This document shows positions 48,320 through 62,605 of a stretch of 64,000 nucleotides of DNA, piece by piece. The notes beneath the pieces are model-generated. The model had not been told where the DNA came from. It made no database searches and saw nothing but the letters and a program-made list of their open reading frames with translations. Origin of the DNA: Antedon mediterranea (Eukaryota; Animalia; Echinodermata); contig NC_092676.1 of NCBI RefSeq assembly GCF_964355755.1, positions 24,198,871-24,262,870 on the forward strand, read 5' to 3'. The first letter of the stretch is position 1; each line of letters begins with the position of its first letter. A program made the translations under genes and the position numbers.

Positions 48320-49655
48320 TCATAATTTGTCACTTTTTATCTTCTTTAATAAGTGTTCAACATGGTACTTCATTATTGGTTGTCCCTTCTTAGATTTCTG
48401 ACTTAGTTTCTTGTGTCTTGCTCGTTTCTTTGACTTGTACGTTTCAAAAGCAGCTTTCTTTTCTTCCCTTATTTTTTGCGCTTCCTAAATAAATAAAAAC
48501 ATGTTTTATATTAATAACTTTTAACACAGAGTAAAAGAGAAAACACTATATTACATGATATTTCCACTCAAAATTAGTGAATTTTGTGAAAAATCTCAAT
48601 TTTATTAACACTAACCTGTGCTTGTTTTGCTTTCATTTGTTTCTGCTGCTCAAATTCCTTCTCAACTTTACTATACCTTGTTACCTTCCTGTAGAGGGTA
48701 CAAAAAGAGTTTAAAATCCATCATTAATTAATTAATTTATTAGTCTAAACAAAGGTGCAAAAAATATTATATATATAATATGATACAAACCTTTTTGCTT
48801 TATCTCCAATGTGTTTTCCTGTGGTGGCTTTCGTCACATTTTTTTCTTTTATTTGTTTTTCTACTTTGCTTTGTTGCTTTAACTGCAAAGATTTTTTCCC
48901 TATTTCCTCAATTTCTTTATTATCAGTTTCCGGAATGTTTATTATTGGTGGTGTTTCTTTCTTCTCTTTCAGCATATGCTTTCTTATCTTCCTATATTGA
49001 TTGATAATTTTCCGCTTCCTCTTATCTGCATAACCTTGCCCTTTATAATAAATTAAACAGTTAAAAAATCGCTAATTGTTTCTACATTTCTAAAATATAC
49101 TAATAATATTGTTATATTGTTGAAAATGGCATATATATAGGTGGTCTATTAATTCATAAATAGTAATGGATAATACTGTATAATACTGTATAAGTAAAAA
49201 AGCAACTACAGTAATGAGTATGTAATCGGTCAAATCTTAAACACGTTTTTTTTCATTATAATTATAATTAAATTATAATTTAAACAATTTACAAGCCTAT
49301 CTTTTATTTATTGTATCGACATTTTTACAGTACAGTAAAACGTAGCATCATAAATTCGTACAAATCAAAACTAGAATGGACGTAATCTAAACCATAGTAC
49401 ACAGCAATTAACTTGGAGCCTAGGTCTTAGCCTTGCTTGTATGGATAAGGAAACACGGGCAGACAAATCGTTTCATTCCGGCACCGATCAACCAGACTTC
49501 ACGGGCTAGGCCTAGCTTGATGAGCAGAACTAAAATAAATATTTACCTTCATGAACATTTCCAAATACTTTACAAAATGATTTGTTTCTATTTAATGATG
49601 ATCCATGAAATGTCCCTTTTCCTCTATGACGATTATTGATTTGTGCTTTACCCAT
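48320..49655 (-). CDS. CCDC59: TAP26/CCDC59 (Fyv7-like rRNA processing) homolog, ~198 aa
   Basis: Exons 49655-49547, 49040-48791, 48688-48616, 48484-48320; motifs GNVHEGQGYADKRKRKIINQYRK and C-terminal KLSQKSKKGQPIMKYHVEHLLKKI match the family as I recall it. Confidence 0.8.
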
Positions 49656-50438
49656 TGTTCCGTATTAAAAACAATTTATAAAAATGAACTTTAAACGCAT
49701 TCGCGACACACCAATGGACGGTGCCATTACATGCTCGGTCATTTACTTTATTTTGTTAATTATATTTTTAATCAAATATAAACAGTAAAAATACTATACT
49801 GATATATAAAAATATTTTTTTTTCAATATTTTATATTATTATTATAATATATAGATATTTTTTATAAAAATATTTGTAGATAATGTTATTCTGTTATTTT
49901 TGTTAGTTTAAAGGAATTCTCGTCTGCTCCACAATTTTAACTTGCGCCGAACAACTCTGGGGCCGGCAAGAGGAGAGAGAACTGTGTGTGTACGTAGGCC
50001 TAGCCTAGATAATCATAATACAACAATAGTTTAATCACATAATCGTACAGGTAGTAACTAAATCTAGTTTCTATATAATCTATAAATATTATTCATTAGG
50101 ATTACTGAATCATAACTGGTATTTTTAAAAGTAATTTTAGTAGGCCTAGTTAGGCCTCTAGGCCTAGATTTAGTAATAGGCCTAGCTAGGGCCTAGTAGG
50201 CTAACTGAGTGAGGCAGCCTAGGCTAGCCTAGGCTAGGGCTTAGCTAGGCACTGCTAGCCCTAGATAGCGAAGTGAGTACTTGGTGGTTTCAAGATGTTA
50301 TGATGTAGGCCTGCCTAGGTTATCATTCTTATTTTTCATTCTCCAATAGATTTTCTCACCTCACCGTTATTTCTTAATAATAAAAATATTACCCAAATTT
50401 AATTCATTGTGTTATTTTTTTCAGCTAATGCTTTCATC

Positions 50439-53400
50439 ATGAAGGTGGCACTGATGGTAGCTGAGAAGCCACAGTTGGCACACTCCTTGGCCAAGATTCT
50501 CTCCAATGGTAACATGAGCAGCCGTAAGGGATCCAACGGAGCATGCTCTGTTCATGAATACGAGGGCAGATTCCAGGGTGAAAACTGCAAATTTAAGGTT
50601 TGTATCATCATCACAAAAAAGTATTAACTATTATGAATGTTTTAATTGTTCAACATAATAGACTATAGTCTTACGGTAAAATTGCATTGGTCTAAAACTC
50701 TACCCAATATGTAATGATAACAGCAACAAATATTATGTAACAATTTAAAATATATATGTCTTCAAATTTCAGATGACCTCGGTGTGTGGACATGTTCTAG
50801 GACTAGATTTTCAACCGCAATACAACAACTGGGACCGAGTTGATCCTGTTGAACTCTTCGAGGCAGAAACGGAGAAAAAAGAAGCCAACCCAAATTTGCA
50901 TATGCCAAAGTTTCTTTCCAGAGAAGTAAGTTTAGTACAGTACAGCGTTCGCAATAACACTGGTCCGCTGGCCAATGGGCATTTAAATGCGTGGCGGACC
51001 AGTTAAATAGTCAAATATAAAGTCTGCTTGGCCAGTTAAAATTTAAATAAAACCTGAGTGCAAAATATCAATAATCTCTTCACAACTTTTCACAACTTTT
51101 CACACCTGGACTAAATGTAAACAAGATCGTTTATTTGTACCTCATTTTTAGTTATAGGCCCATATTCTGTGACCAGTAAACTGGTCCTCTTGTCTAACAA
51201 CCATAATGAGTTTGCCACCAATCCTCCCTTTAAATCCAATTTTTGGTCAAAGTGATTAACTATTTTGTGACATTACAATGGCATATTAAACAACAACAAC
51301 AACTTCAGGGGACAATATATATTTAAGTTCAATAAAGTTAGGATAGCATTCCATCAGTCAACAACATTATAAAATAAACCATTATGTTTGTTTTAAAAGA
51401 ACATCTCTTTGACATTACTATGGAATTTTTGCTAATAGTAATAGTGAGCAATATCTTGTTTTGTTTGTTAAATAGGGGCATGGAGTTGACTACCTTGTAT
51501 TGTGGTTAGATTGTGACAAGGAGGGTGAAAACATTTGCTTTGAGGTCATCAATGCAGTAAAACCTAATATGAATCGGTCTAGAGTTTCTGAAAAAGTAAG
51601 TAGATAACACTTACCTTATTTATTCGAATGAAGGTTTTTAGTGGGGCTTTTGTTCGAGAGAGACATTAATTTTTTGGGGTGTAATATAGTATGGTGACAA
51701 TAACATGTATAATCAAATAAATTCTCCCTATATATTGAAAAATACAACACAATTAGTATAAAAAAGTGATAAAATACAGTATCAAAATGCTTGGTCAATC
51801 ATGGAAGTTAATAAATTCTACTGCAAGTAGAAATGTGTTAATAATGTGACAATACAATAATGTATATACAGTATATGTGGCAGGTCTTTTATTTGATAAA
51901 AAAAATAAAGGCCTAAATAAATAAGGTAATCTTAACATAATTGATCCATACCGCTCTCTAAATACTGTAAACTTTTTTCATTTCTGTAGACTGTATTCAG
52001 AGCCAAATTCAGTGCGATTACTGATAGTGACATCAAAGGAGCAATGAGGAATTTAGGAGAACCCAACAGGAACGAAGCAATGTCCGTAGACGCTAGGCTG
52101 GAATTGGACCTTCGCATCGGGTGTGCATTCACGCGCTTTCAAACTAAATTCTTTCAGGTAAGTAGATAGCTAAGCTCCTTGAGAGCAAATTGCATTATAC
52201 AAAAGCACCACTAACTAAACATGACTACAATACAAACAGCATGAAGTGAAAGTGTATTGAAATTTACACCTTTTAAAATGATTAGTTTACCTCTACTCAC
52301 CTAAAGCTCTGTCTACACTATCAAACTTCATGTGACAAAAAAAATGTGATTTGCTTATACATGGATATATCATATCCCTAACATATTTGGACACATACTG
52401 TATACTTTTTTGTCACACTGTTTTGATAGACAGACCCATGTTAAATTGAAGTTCTACTATATTTTTAAGGACCTCCATAATTCAAATTTTTACCTGTAGG
52501 GGAAGTATGGTAATCTGGATAGTAACTTGATCTCTTATGGACCCTGTCAGACGCCAACGCTGGGATTCTGTGTAAACCGTCATGATCAGATCCAGTCATT
52601 TAAACCGGAGTTATACTGGGTTCTTCAAGTTCAGGTAAATTGTTCAGGTAAATTGTATTGTCCCCCAAAAATAGGAAAAATGAAGATTAATAAAATCAGA
52701 CTTTGAATAAGTTGTAGTTTTAATCAAGTTATTGAAAAAAAATGGACAAAAATAATGGTTTCACTTATAAAATGACAAAAGAAACTGTTAAATTTAACAA
52801 ATATTGTTTTCCGGTCAAGATTTTGGTTCAAGTTAAAAACTATTATCTGACCTTAAAATGGCATATTAAAAAAAAATTAATAAAAATAATTTTTTTTTAT
52901 GTCTATAATATCTTAATTTTAATGTTTTATTCAAACACTATCAACCTAATTGTAGCCTATATCTTCTGTTTAAATATGTATTAGGCAAAGCATCCAAGCG
53001 GACGGAAGTTGAACTTAGACTGGGAGAGAGTTCGCTTGTTTGATAAGGAAGTTGCACAGATGTTTTTGAATATGGTTAAGAATTCTGAAACAGCAAAGTA
53101 TGTATTAGTAAAAACAATATAATAAAACATGCCTATCAACAAGTTGTTAATAGCTTCGCCAACTAAGCCAAATTCAAACAATGATGCGGATATCATAACA
53201 ACCTTAATTTTCCAGGGTGATGAGTGTTACCAAAAAAGAAAAGTCTAAACAACGCCCTCTTGCTTTAAACACGGTTGAAATGCTAAGAGTGGCTAGTTCA
53301 GGTCTTAGCATGAGCCCTCAACACACAATGCAGATTGCGGAGAGACTGTACATACAAGGCTATATCAGCTACCCACGTACGGAGACAACACACTACCCAG

Positions 53401-56400
53401 AGCAATTTGACCTCAAGTGAGTTTTAGAACGATGTGTATTAAATAAGCCCTAGAGAGTAGGCCACCCATGTGTTCTGTGCCTTGAAGAGAGAAGATTATT
53501 ATCTTATTCTTATCTATTCTACAAGAATACCCCCTAAAGTGCTATGTACCTTGTGATTTATATTATTTATAAAAGATGAAATAAATGAAATGAATTAGTT
53601 TAGATACAATAACTCCTTGGTTTACAGTGACTTGTGTTATTTCACATACTGTTCAGTTAGCCAACAGTGAACGTATTAAATCTGATCTCATTAAACCTCA
53701 CTTAGTACCTTAATTAACTTGTGTCTTCAATTAATCAAAGAGTGACCACAGTAAAAATATGTTTACATTTTTCTGTGTTTTTATCCTTGAAAGTTTTATT
53801 GTATAAATTAGCAAACCAGAGGATTTTGCATCTATATCATCAAATTAAATATTCAAATTTGTTTTTGCAGAGGCACACTGAAACAACAGCAGCATAGCTC
53901 CAGCTGGGGCGATGATGTGAAAGAACTACTTAAAAAGGGTATTAACAAAGCAAGGTAATGATCTGACTGTATAAATACAAGTACTGTAGCACAGTACAAC
54001 AGTATAATATCCCTTTGTTTTGTATTAACAGTCCGTAACCGATCAGAAATAATCTGCACATGCATGCAGTAATATTACTGTACTAAAGTGGCATATGCAG
54101 AAACTTATATACAATAAAGTTCTGTCTACACTATCAAACATGTAATGTGCCCATATATGGACATGACGATGTCATATCACTATCATATTTGGGCATATCA
54201 CTACCATAAGCACATCACACTTTTTTTTGTCAAACTAGTTCGATAGTGTAGACAGAGCTTTAAAAAAAAGAATGTATTTGTTTGTTTTCCAGGAAGGGTC
54301 ATGATGCAGGAGATCATCCTCCTATCACACCAATGCGATCAGCAACTGAGAGTGAGATTGGAGGAGAGGCATGGAGATTGTATGATTACATCACAAGGCA
54401 TTTTATTGGCACTGTAGGTACAGATTGGCAGTGCTGTAGATTTAATTCCCCCTCAACCAATCTGCCTTTATACTTAAGCTCTGTCTACACTATCAAACTA
54501 ATTTGACAACAAAAAGTGTGATGTGCCCAAATATGGTACTGATATGACATCATGTACATATTTGGGTACAACACATTTTTTGTCGCATAAAGTTTGAAAC
54601 TGTAGCTTATATACAGTAAAACCCAACAAAGTGTCCCCTTAATAGGGGTTGACCGTATATTACTCCTTATTCATTTCACAGGAAAGTGTCCTTTAATTAG
54701 AGGTGTTCCCTAAATACAGATGCTCCAAAGGATTTATCCTGCTGTATGCCTATCAAATAAAGGCTATATTTGTCTGACTTGAAATAAAATATTGTGCCTA
54801 TTGCAACAGTTCTTTACAAATTGTAAAGAACTTTTACATACAAAATCTAAGGTTTCTCTTACCTTACAGTCCTACCTGCCCTGACACCAATAAAATATGT
54901 TTAAAGATTACAACATATTTATTATTTTATTTATATAACTCACTAATATGGATATTATACAGAACAATACACATTTGTGAAGGATAAGACCAACAGGTGG
55001 TAAACACCTTAAATGGTCTAGTCCCAATTGCACAATGAAAACGTAGGCCTATATATAAATTTAAATAAATATACTTTGGTATATACCCTGTTACCAGCAC
55101 ACAACTACAATAATTCTGTTTATATTCTATAGATAAGCTATGACTGCAAGTACTTACAGACAACAGCTAAGCTGTCTGTAGGAGCTGAGAGTTTCACATG
55201 TACCGGTAAGACATTGATCGACCTTGGCTACACCTCCGTGATGCATTGGCAACAGATACCCAGTGAAGAGAACTTGCCAGACTTCCAAGAAGGACAGATC
55301 TGTAATGTGACAGAGGTAAATGTATTATATATATACACTCTAATGTCCAATCCTCAACTTTTTGCACCTAATTTTAATTTTAATTTATGAACAGAATTTC
55401 TAACCCAGCATCTTTTTCTTTTCAGGTTAAACTTGTTGAGAAACAAACCTCACCTCCTGATTACCTAACAGAGAGCGAACTAATCACCTTGATGGAGAAG
55501 CATGGAATTGGCACCGATGCCAGTATACCGGTTCACATTAACAATATCTGTCAACGTAACTATGTCACTGTGGGTGCTGGTAGGAAGTTAAAACCGACAG
55601 ATCTTGGTATAGTTTTGGTACACGGTTACCAGAAGGTAAGTTTAATTTTCATTATGCATTTCTGTATAGTCTAGATAAAAATATATGCATCTCTGTAAAA
55701 ATGAATTTTGTATAAAAAATAACCACAAAACTGAGTAAATTTGAAATATAAATTTGAAAAAATTTCAGATCGACCCAGACTTGTCTCTTCCAACCATGCG
55801 ATCAGCAGTTGAACAACAACTCAATCTGATCGCAGCTGGTAAGGCCGATTTTAACTCGGTGCTTGACCATACCCTTGGTATCTTCCAGCGAAAGTTTAGT
55901 TACTTTGTGGAGCAGATCAAAGACATGGATGAGCTGTTTGAAGTTTCATTTTCACCACTTGCTGCGTCTGGAAAACCTCTTTCAAGGTAACGGTATTTCA
56001 TTTTTTTACTTTTGATTTGACGTGATATACCTTTTTATAACATGGGTTCAAGGATGTAGCCTGTCAGATGCGCTGAAATCAGTTACGTGTCTGCACCACA
56101 CTGCCTCATTTAAAAAAAAAAAAAAACTTGTACATCTATATTTTTGTCTTCTGGAGTATTCCTAGACGAAATAAAGTTGTGCTGAATATACTTGCCTAGC
56201 ATTACTCCACAAAAGACTAGCATGTAACAACCGAAACATTGACATACTCTTGATTTTTTAATGTCTTATATGTCTTTTCAGATGTGGAAAATGCCATCGT
56301 TACATGAAGTACATTCAAGCTAAGCCCAGTCGTCTTCACTGTGCCACATGTAATGAAACTTACAGTCTACCACACAACGGTGTGATCAAACTTTATAAAG

Positions 56401-57642
56401 AGATCAAATGCCCATTGGATGATTTTGAACTGGTTATGTATTCTGCAGGAACCAAGTCTGGCAAGGTAAAGCTCATACCTCTGTGATCATATTTTCTCTG
56501 TGTGTTCTTTTTATTGGCACATATCTGCATTGTGAAATTGAAGCCGGAAAAGGTGTGAAAGATCCTATTTACTATGTTGTTTGTTCTTTTCAGAATTATC
56601 CACTATGTCCATACTGCTACAGTCATCCTCCATTCCAAGGCATGAAGAAGGGTAGTGGATGCAATGACTGTACACATCCCACCTGCCCTCACTCATTGAC
56701 AAAGACTGGTGTGGCCAAGTGTGGAGAATGCGAGTTTGGTTTATTGGTCTTGGATGTCAACTCTGCTCCCAAGTGGAAAATGGCATGTAACAGGTAGGTT
56801 TAAATCAATTTTGCTTTTCAATCCAAAATCAATCTCAATTTTTAAATAAAATATATCTTCAGATCATTGGTCTATAAGTTTAACCATAGCACTCAATCCG
56901 CCAATATTGTATAAAGGGCTTTTCACACCTGTGCCAGCACTGCAAATCAAAGCGAATGGCAATGGTTCGCTTTCACATTGCTCCATGTGGCAATGCATTA
57001 AATCAAAATGCGCGCAGTTGATGAAAATGGAACATTTACGTGCAATTTGATTTGCCGGTGTTGGACCAGAACCGTGCTGAAACGGGAGTGAAAGACCCTA
57101 CAGCATAACAATTTATTGATGTATATTGGTACAGGTGCTCGTTCATGGTTCGTCTTTTCACTGATGCTCACAAGATATCGCTAGTCGCCGACAGTCGATG
57201 TGAAAATTGTAGCGCTGCCATTATGTCAGTGGAGTTTAACAAGGTAAGTGTATAGTATTGTACTAGAGGGAAAGTTACATTTTCTAATTGCGTTGTAAGG
57301 ATTGTATAGTATGTAGCCATTTTATTTTTCCAACACTGCAAAGTCAATTTGTGTTTTCTGGTGTTAGAGCTTTACTATTAAATCATGAATGGATTTTCTT
57401 TACACTAGGCCAAGACCCCTCTGGAAGGGGAAGAAACACACCATTCAGGCTGTGCCTTCTGTGATCCTATCTTCTCATCTCTTATCAAAACATTCCATCA
57501 GGCAGCGAGACCTGTTAGTTCAAATCGTGGTGGCAGGGGAGGATCACGTGGAGGGGGAGGTGGACGAGGTAGAGGTGGTGGTGGTGGTGGACGACGTGGA
57601 AGAGGAAAAGGTAGAGGGGGTAGAGATAAATTAGATTTTTGA
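50439..57642 (+). CDS. TOP3B: DNA topoisomerase III beta, 16 coding exons, ~863 aa
   Basis: Exons 50439-50597, 50773-50925, 51476-51595, 51990-52157, 52500-52634, 52985-53097, 53216-53416, 53871-53954, 54293-54413, 55133-55315, 55426-55635, 55769-55986, 56282-56465, 56594-56793, 57135-57243, 57409-57642. Toprim LMVAEKP and [12 protein letters not shown], catalytic [31 protein letters not shown]-terminal CxxC zinc motifs and RGG box. Confidence 0.97.
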
Positions 57643-59760
57643 AAATAATTGTTCACAACATTTTAGCAGTATATTAATAATATACAATTATAGGTATTTG
57701 ATTTTATATGTTCCAAATGTTTAGTTTGTAAACAACAGATCAAATGCTTGAATACTTTCTTGAAGAAGTTTCATTTAGCAGATTTCAATGAAACTGTGAT
57801 CATGTTATTAATTTGTACATCATACTATCGTTACAAGTTTTTGTATCGCATCTGTATACAGATAAACTTATGAATATACCAATATTTATTTTATGAATGT
57901 AAAAATGTACTTATGCTTAGAAAGCTAAAACTAGTAGTATTGTATACAGCTATAGAATTTTAAATAATCTGCCATATTGTGTATCATGCAGAAATGTTTC
58001 ATGTGCAGAGGGGGAGGGAAAATTAACGGCTTATACATGGACATTATGATGTCATATCACTACCAATCACACATTTTTTCGAACTAGTTTGGTAGTGTAA
58101 ACAGAGCTTCAGAAAAATGGTATCTGCTATATACATTTTCTTGCGCATGAAAAAAATTGCAGGCCTACTTTTTTTAAATGTTTGTGTAGCTAAGGAAGGC
58201 TGGTGGCAGTAAGCCTGCACAAAAATGTCTAGGCCTGGGTAGCGAAGTATAAAACAAATAATGAATGTATTCATTTAATAAAGAATATTGAGATTGACTG
58301 TTCTTTTGTATTTAACTTAAATATTAAATATTGCAGACATTTATTATTATTTTACTATTTAATGCTACCTTTGTGCCCTAAATGCCCTCTAAATGTTGTA
58401 AATTTGTCTAAGCATAAAAAAAAAAACGACAATTTAATTACATCTAAAGAAAGTTTTTAATCCGCTCAAAAAACACATTGTTTCACACATTCTATTTTTA
58501 AAAAGAACTGTTCAGCCTCAACAAATCTAAATTTATAAAATATTAATACTGGATTATTGTTTTAAAAAAATTAATTAAAAATTAGACTACAATTGTTTTT
58601 TAGGAGGTACAGCCAGTTATTTATTTCTAATTCTAGCAAGTCTAGAAAAAAATTTAATTATACAAAAAAAAAAAAACTGGGATGAATTAATACATAATTA
58701 CACGAAGAAATGTACACTTTAATATGGTAAAAAATGAAAGTATGATACAAGAAAATATGTTTAAAATTACCAGTGTAGATAACAGTGATAAAGATAACTA
58801 TTGGTTGCACTATTCGCATTAGATTTCTATTGCCTGAAAGTGTGAATCGGTTGAACTGAGAGGAAAGTTGCTAGCTAGTAACCTCTAATCAAAATTATCA
58901 CACTGGACTTTATCTGGTTAGTTGACTTACATTTAAATAAGAAACAACTTTCATAATCAACAGCCTAAAAATGTTTATTTAAATTTAAAATTAGGACATA
59001 ACTTTTTTTTTCTATTAAAAGCTTCTTAGTTTTGTCAAAATATATTTTTGTATTATAAATACGTAAAATGTTGTTTATTAAAATTCAAGGTGTCGACACA
59101 TTATTTGTGCTTTAAATATCAAAATATTAAATTTCAGCCTCATACTTTAAAATGTTGTATTGCAACAGTGATCACTGCATTCCCTACAAAGTATTAAAAT
59201 TGACCTAAACTAAACTATAGATTTACTATACTTTGAAGGCACACTAATTATTAAGATTTCTTTTTTAGCAAATACAGTAGTAAAGCTTGTTTCCCACTGA
59301 TTTGACCAATCACAAGCGATGGATTATTTAAACCGTCGCTTGTGATTGGTCAACTTGCTTCCATTGCGTCAATGGTGGGAACCAAACTCTACAGTAGACT
59401 TATCAAGATGATGAAAACAATTCATTTAGCTGCTGATAAATAAAATGCAACACTTTGGTTTATTTAAGTTAGGGCTGGTGCACACCAGACCACCAAACAC
59501 CTTGGTTCACCTTGCACCAACCGTCAAGTGTATAGCTCCAAGTTTAAAATATCTATTGTTTATTATAAGATATAAACCATTGCAAACAGCAGTGAATGAG
59601 CTTCATGAAATAAGCCCCTTTTTAAAAAAAGGACTCTTTTGGAATGTTATAAAAAAAGAAACTTATTTCAACAATCTTCTGCTTCACATTGTGGGGTTAC
59701 ATTATTTAGATCAATGTTCTTGCAAAGATATTTTATTCCCAGAGCTACCCTTTAAACTTA

Positions 59761-62605
59761 TTAACTCATTATCTTATTAAATAGTACACTAAATAGTACA
59801 ACGATGTGAATAGATACAAAGGATATGCCAGATGCCGTACTACCACATCCGCACTTTGTTTTAGTGTTCCATTTTCCACAAGAACCTCCCTGTAAACAAT
59901 CGTATATCTTAAGACCTTCTCGTTTTCCACTTTCTAACGCCCCTTGAAGATTTCCAGTGTTATTAAGACTCGTAGCCTCGCCAGCGAAGAATACTTTATC
60001 TACCCGCGATTCCATTTTCCCAAAGCAACCACGATCGGTGCCATATGACCAAAATGCGAAAGAACCGAGTGTGTAAGGGTTCTGTGTCCAGTTGGACACC
60101 ATGATGGCTCGTGGTCTTGGAACAGTGTAACGATTGTACATCTCATCTAAGTTTTCCTCGGCTTCTTTCTTTATTTCATCAACCGTCAAAGATTCAACTC
60201 TACGGGCCTCATCACCAGTTATTATTGCCATCAGCAAATGGGTATCTTGAAGATAAAGATCTAAAAGAACAATTTAAATTATCAACTTCTTTGGAGCAAT
60301 CTTCAATATCTCCGAATGGAAGACAGCATACAATCCATTTTGTGTATGTAAAAGGGAAATACTGTAATTGGCTTTTTCAATCTGTCTGTGTAAAGCAATT
60401 TGTGGCAATTATTGTAGCCTTTTATTTTTTTTAAAAGACTGTATTTATTGCCATTTTTCTATGTTTTGTTTATCTTAACTTAATAAGAAAAATGCATTAT
60501 TCCCTTACCTTCATGAGCGAAATTCAAAAACAGAGGCCATTGGCCTTGTTTACGATTATTATCCACATTTGCTATCCACTCCGTATTGCCCCAGAACTTG
60601 TCATCTTGAAAGTTCATGAAGATTTTACTGTAGGCTGCCATTTCAAATCTGTCATTAAAAAAAGAAAGTGGGAACATTTTAATGTGACTGTTCTGTATAA
60701 ACATGAAGAGACAGTGATGTAGCCACAAGGAATTAAGTGGTGCGGTTTTTGCAAGTAAAGGGAACAATCTCTGTTCAAGCCACTGTGTTGTCAACCGTAC
60801 TGGTGGCTACGGCTGTAAAAGGTTGTTCATGACCAACCTAGTGGTCTTTCCCTAGACATACTGTACGTATGTTATAGAAGACCGAACTTTCGTTTGAGAT
60901 GCTTCTTTTTGCTTAATATCTCTACACGCATGAAAATCACATATGTATCTCTCTTTTTCTCTAGAGAATCTCCTCCTCACCAGCAAACTCTGAATCCACA
61001 CCAGCTTTCACTGGTGTTGTCCTTACCTGTTCCAGTAATCTGTCTTCCATGCTGGCAACGGTGGATCAAACTGAATCAGATCACTTTGGAGCACACCCAG
61101 ACTGAATGTTACAAGGACATACTCTGCAGTGTATCTTGTGCCATCAGTACAGTACACAGTCACTTCATTACTATCAGAGTAGTCAATCCTTTCTACTACT
61201 TTATTAAAGCGGATGTTGTCCCTGAAAACCAAAATAAAATGTTTATTAAACAAACCCTGCAATTCGTTCAATAATTTTACTTTGTTGAATCATGTATATG
61301 GGTTCACCTTACACAAATATTTTTTTTAAAACTAATACAATGATCCAAAATTAATAAAAGAGGGAAAAACTGGTGATGGAACGTTAAATGAATAAAATGA
61401 CACTGAAACCAAACAATAAGTAAATACATTTAAAATATAGAATTGAAAAGTTTTATAAAAAACCTCTGGTCTGTCTTTAGCAAGAAAGACATCGTTCTAT
61501 TGAAGATTGATTTGTACCCTTGTCGATCAATCACAAACTGTTCTTGCTGGTTCTTGCCGACTGTCTGACGACGACGGCGTCTACGGCGGCGGTAGTCATC
61601 GTACCAATTACTCCAGTTATTATTTTCCCAATCGTCATCCCGGTTACGATAGTTGTAAGGATCATTTTCTTTGACTAGAACAAGATCGGTTCTTTCTCTG
61701 TATTCCTCATATAGACTGTTACTGTTGAAGTTATCCTCAACCACTGGATCTTCTTTTTCTTCAACATATAATTTGTCTGCTGCATATGCCAAGAGAGATG
61801 CACGCTGAAAAAAAATTACTGTAGTTAAAGTGCTATAACAGCATCAGGGTTGATCAAGAAATTAATTATGAGGTCATAAAAGGTCAGGGTAGGTTTGTAA
61901 ATTGTTTGTTGTTGAAAGACGTTCGGTGAATGGGAGATCCTTTTAAATAATGTTTATCACAGCCAAGTAATTATTTCATTTTTGCATAGATAATTAATGC
62001 ATATTATTTTTCATCATAAATTTGATGATGATTTTCATGATATATACCTCAGGTCCATCTGCCAAATCAAAATCAACCCTAAACCACTCGGCAAGGATTT
62101 CTTCTGGTGTCTTCGCTTTCCATCCTATGTTTCGGAGGCCTAGTGATAAAGAAATATCCGCCTCATCATCTTTTATGTATTTCTCGCCCAAAGTGATAAC
62201 ATCATTTAATTTATCATCAAATCTTTCAAGCGCAAGTTTATAGTCGTCGGTCACATCCGCGCCTTTATCCGTCAGAGCTATGAGGTCTTCAAAATCAGAT
62301 CGCCTGGTATTCATATCAATTGCTTTAGCAAGTTCTTCAAGCTTTGATCCAACTGGGTGTATCCAGTTGGCACCCATCTCTACAACTTCATCCAGTATAC
62401 GTTCGTTATGAACTCTGCCACCGTAATAATCCTCCGCCTCCAAAATGATGAAGTCATTCTCGCCCTTGTAATGTAAAGTCTGAGCGGCGTTGAGACCCGA
62501 CGCTCCAGCTCCAAGAATCAAAACCTTTGTATCAGCTGAATCGGTCTTCTTTGTAATCGTTAGCGTTATTATCGCAATAGCGAGATAACAGTTTATTAAA
62601 GACAT
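59761..62605 (-). CDS. Flavin-dependent amine oxidase, polyamine-oxidase-like, secreted and probably GPI-anchored, ~577 aa
   Basis: Exons 62605-62048, 61804-61464, 61221-61027, 60648-60509, 60260-59761. Signal peptide; VLILGAGASGL and ILEAEDYYGGRV FAD motifs; EMGANWIH; VTFSLGVLQ; WTQNPYTLGSF; FFAGEAT; GALESG; hydrophobic C-terminus after GSTASG. Confidence 0.9.

Noticed and set aside
57389-57634. 81-aa ORF with an acidic/Val-rich tail
   Set aside because: Alternative frame of the TOP3B last exon; the spliced frame gives the CxxC and RGG box.
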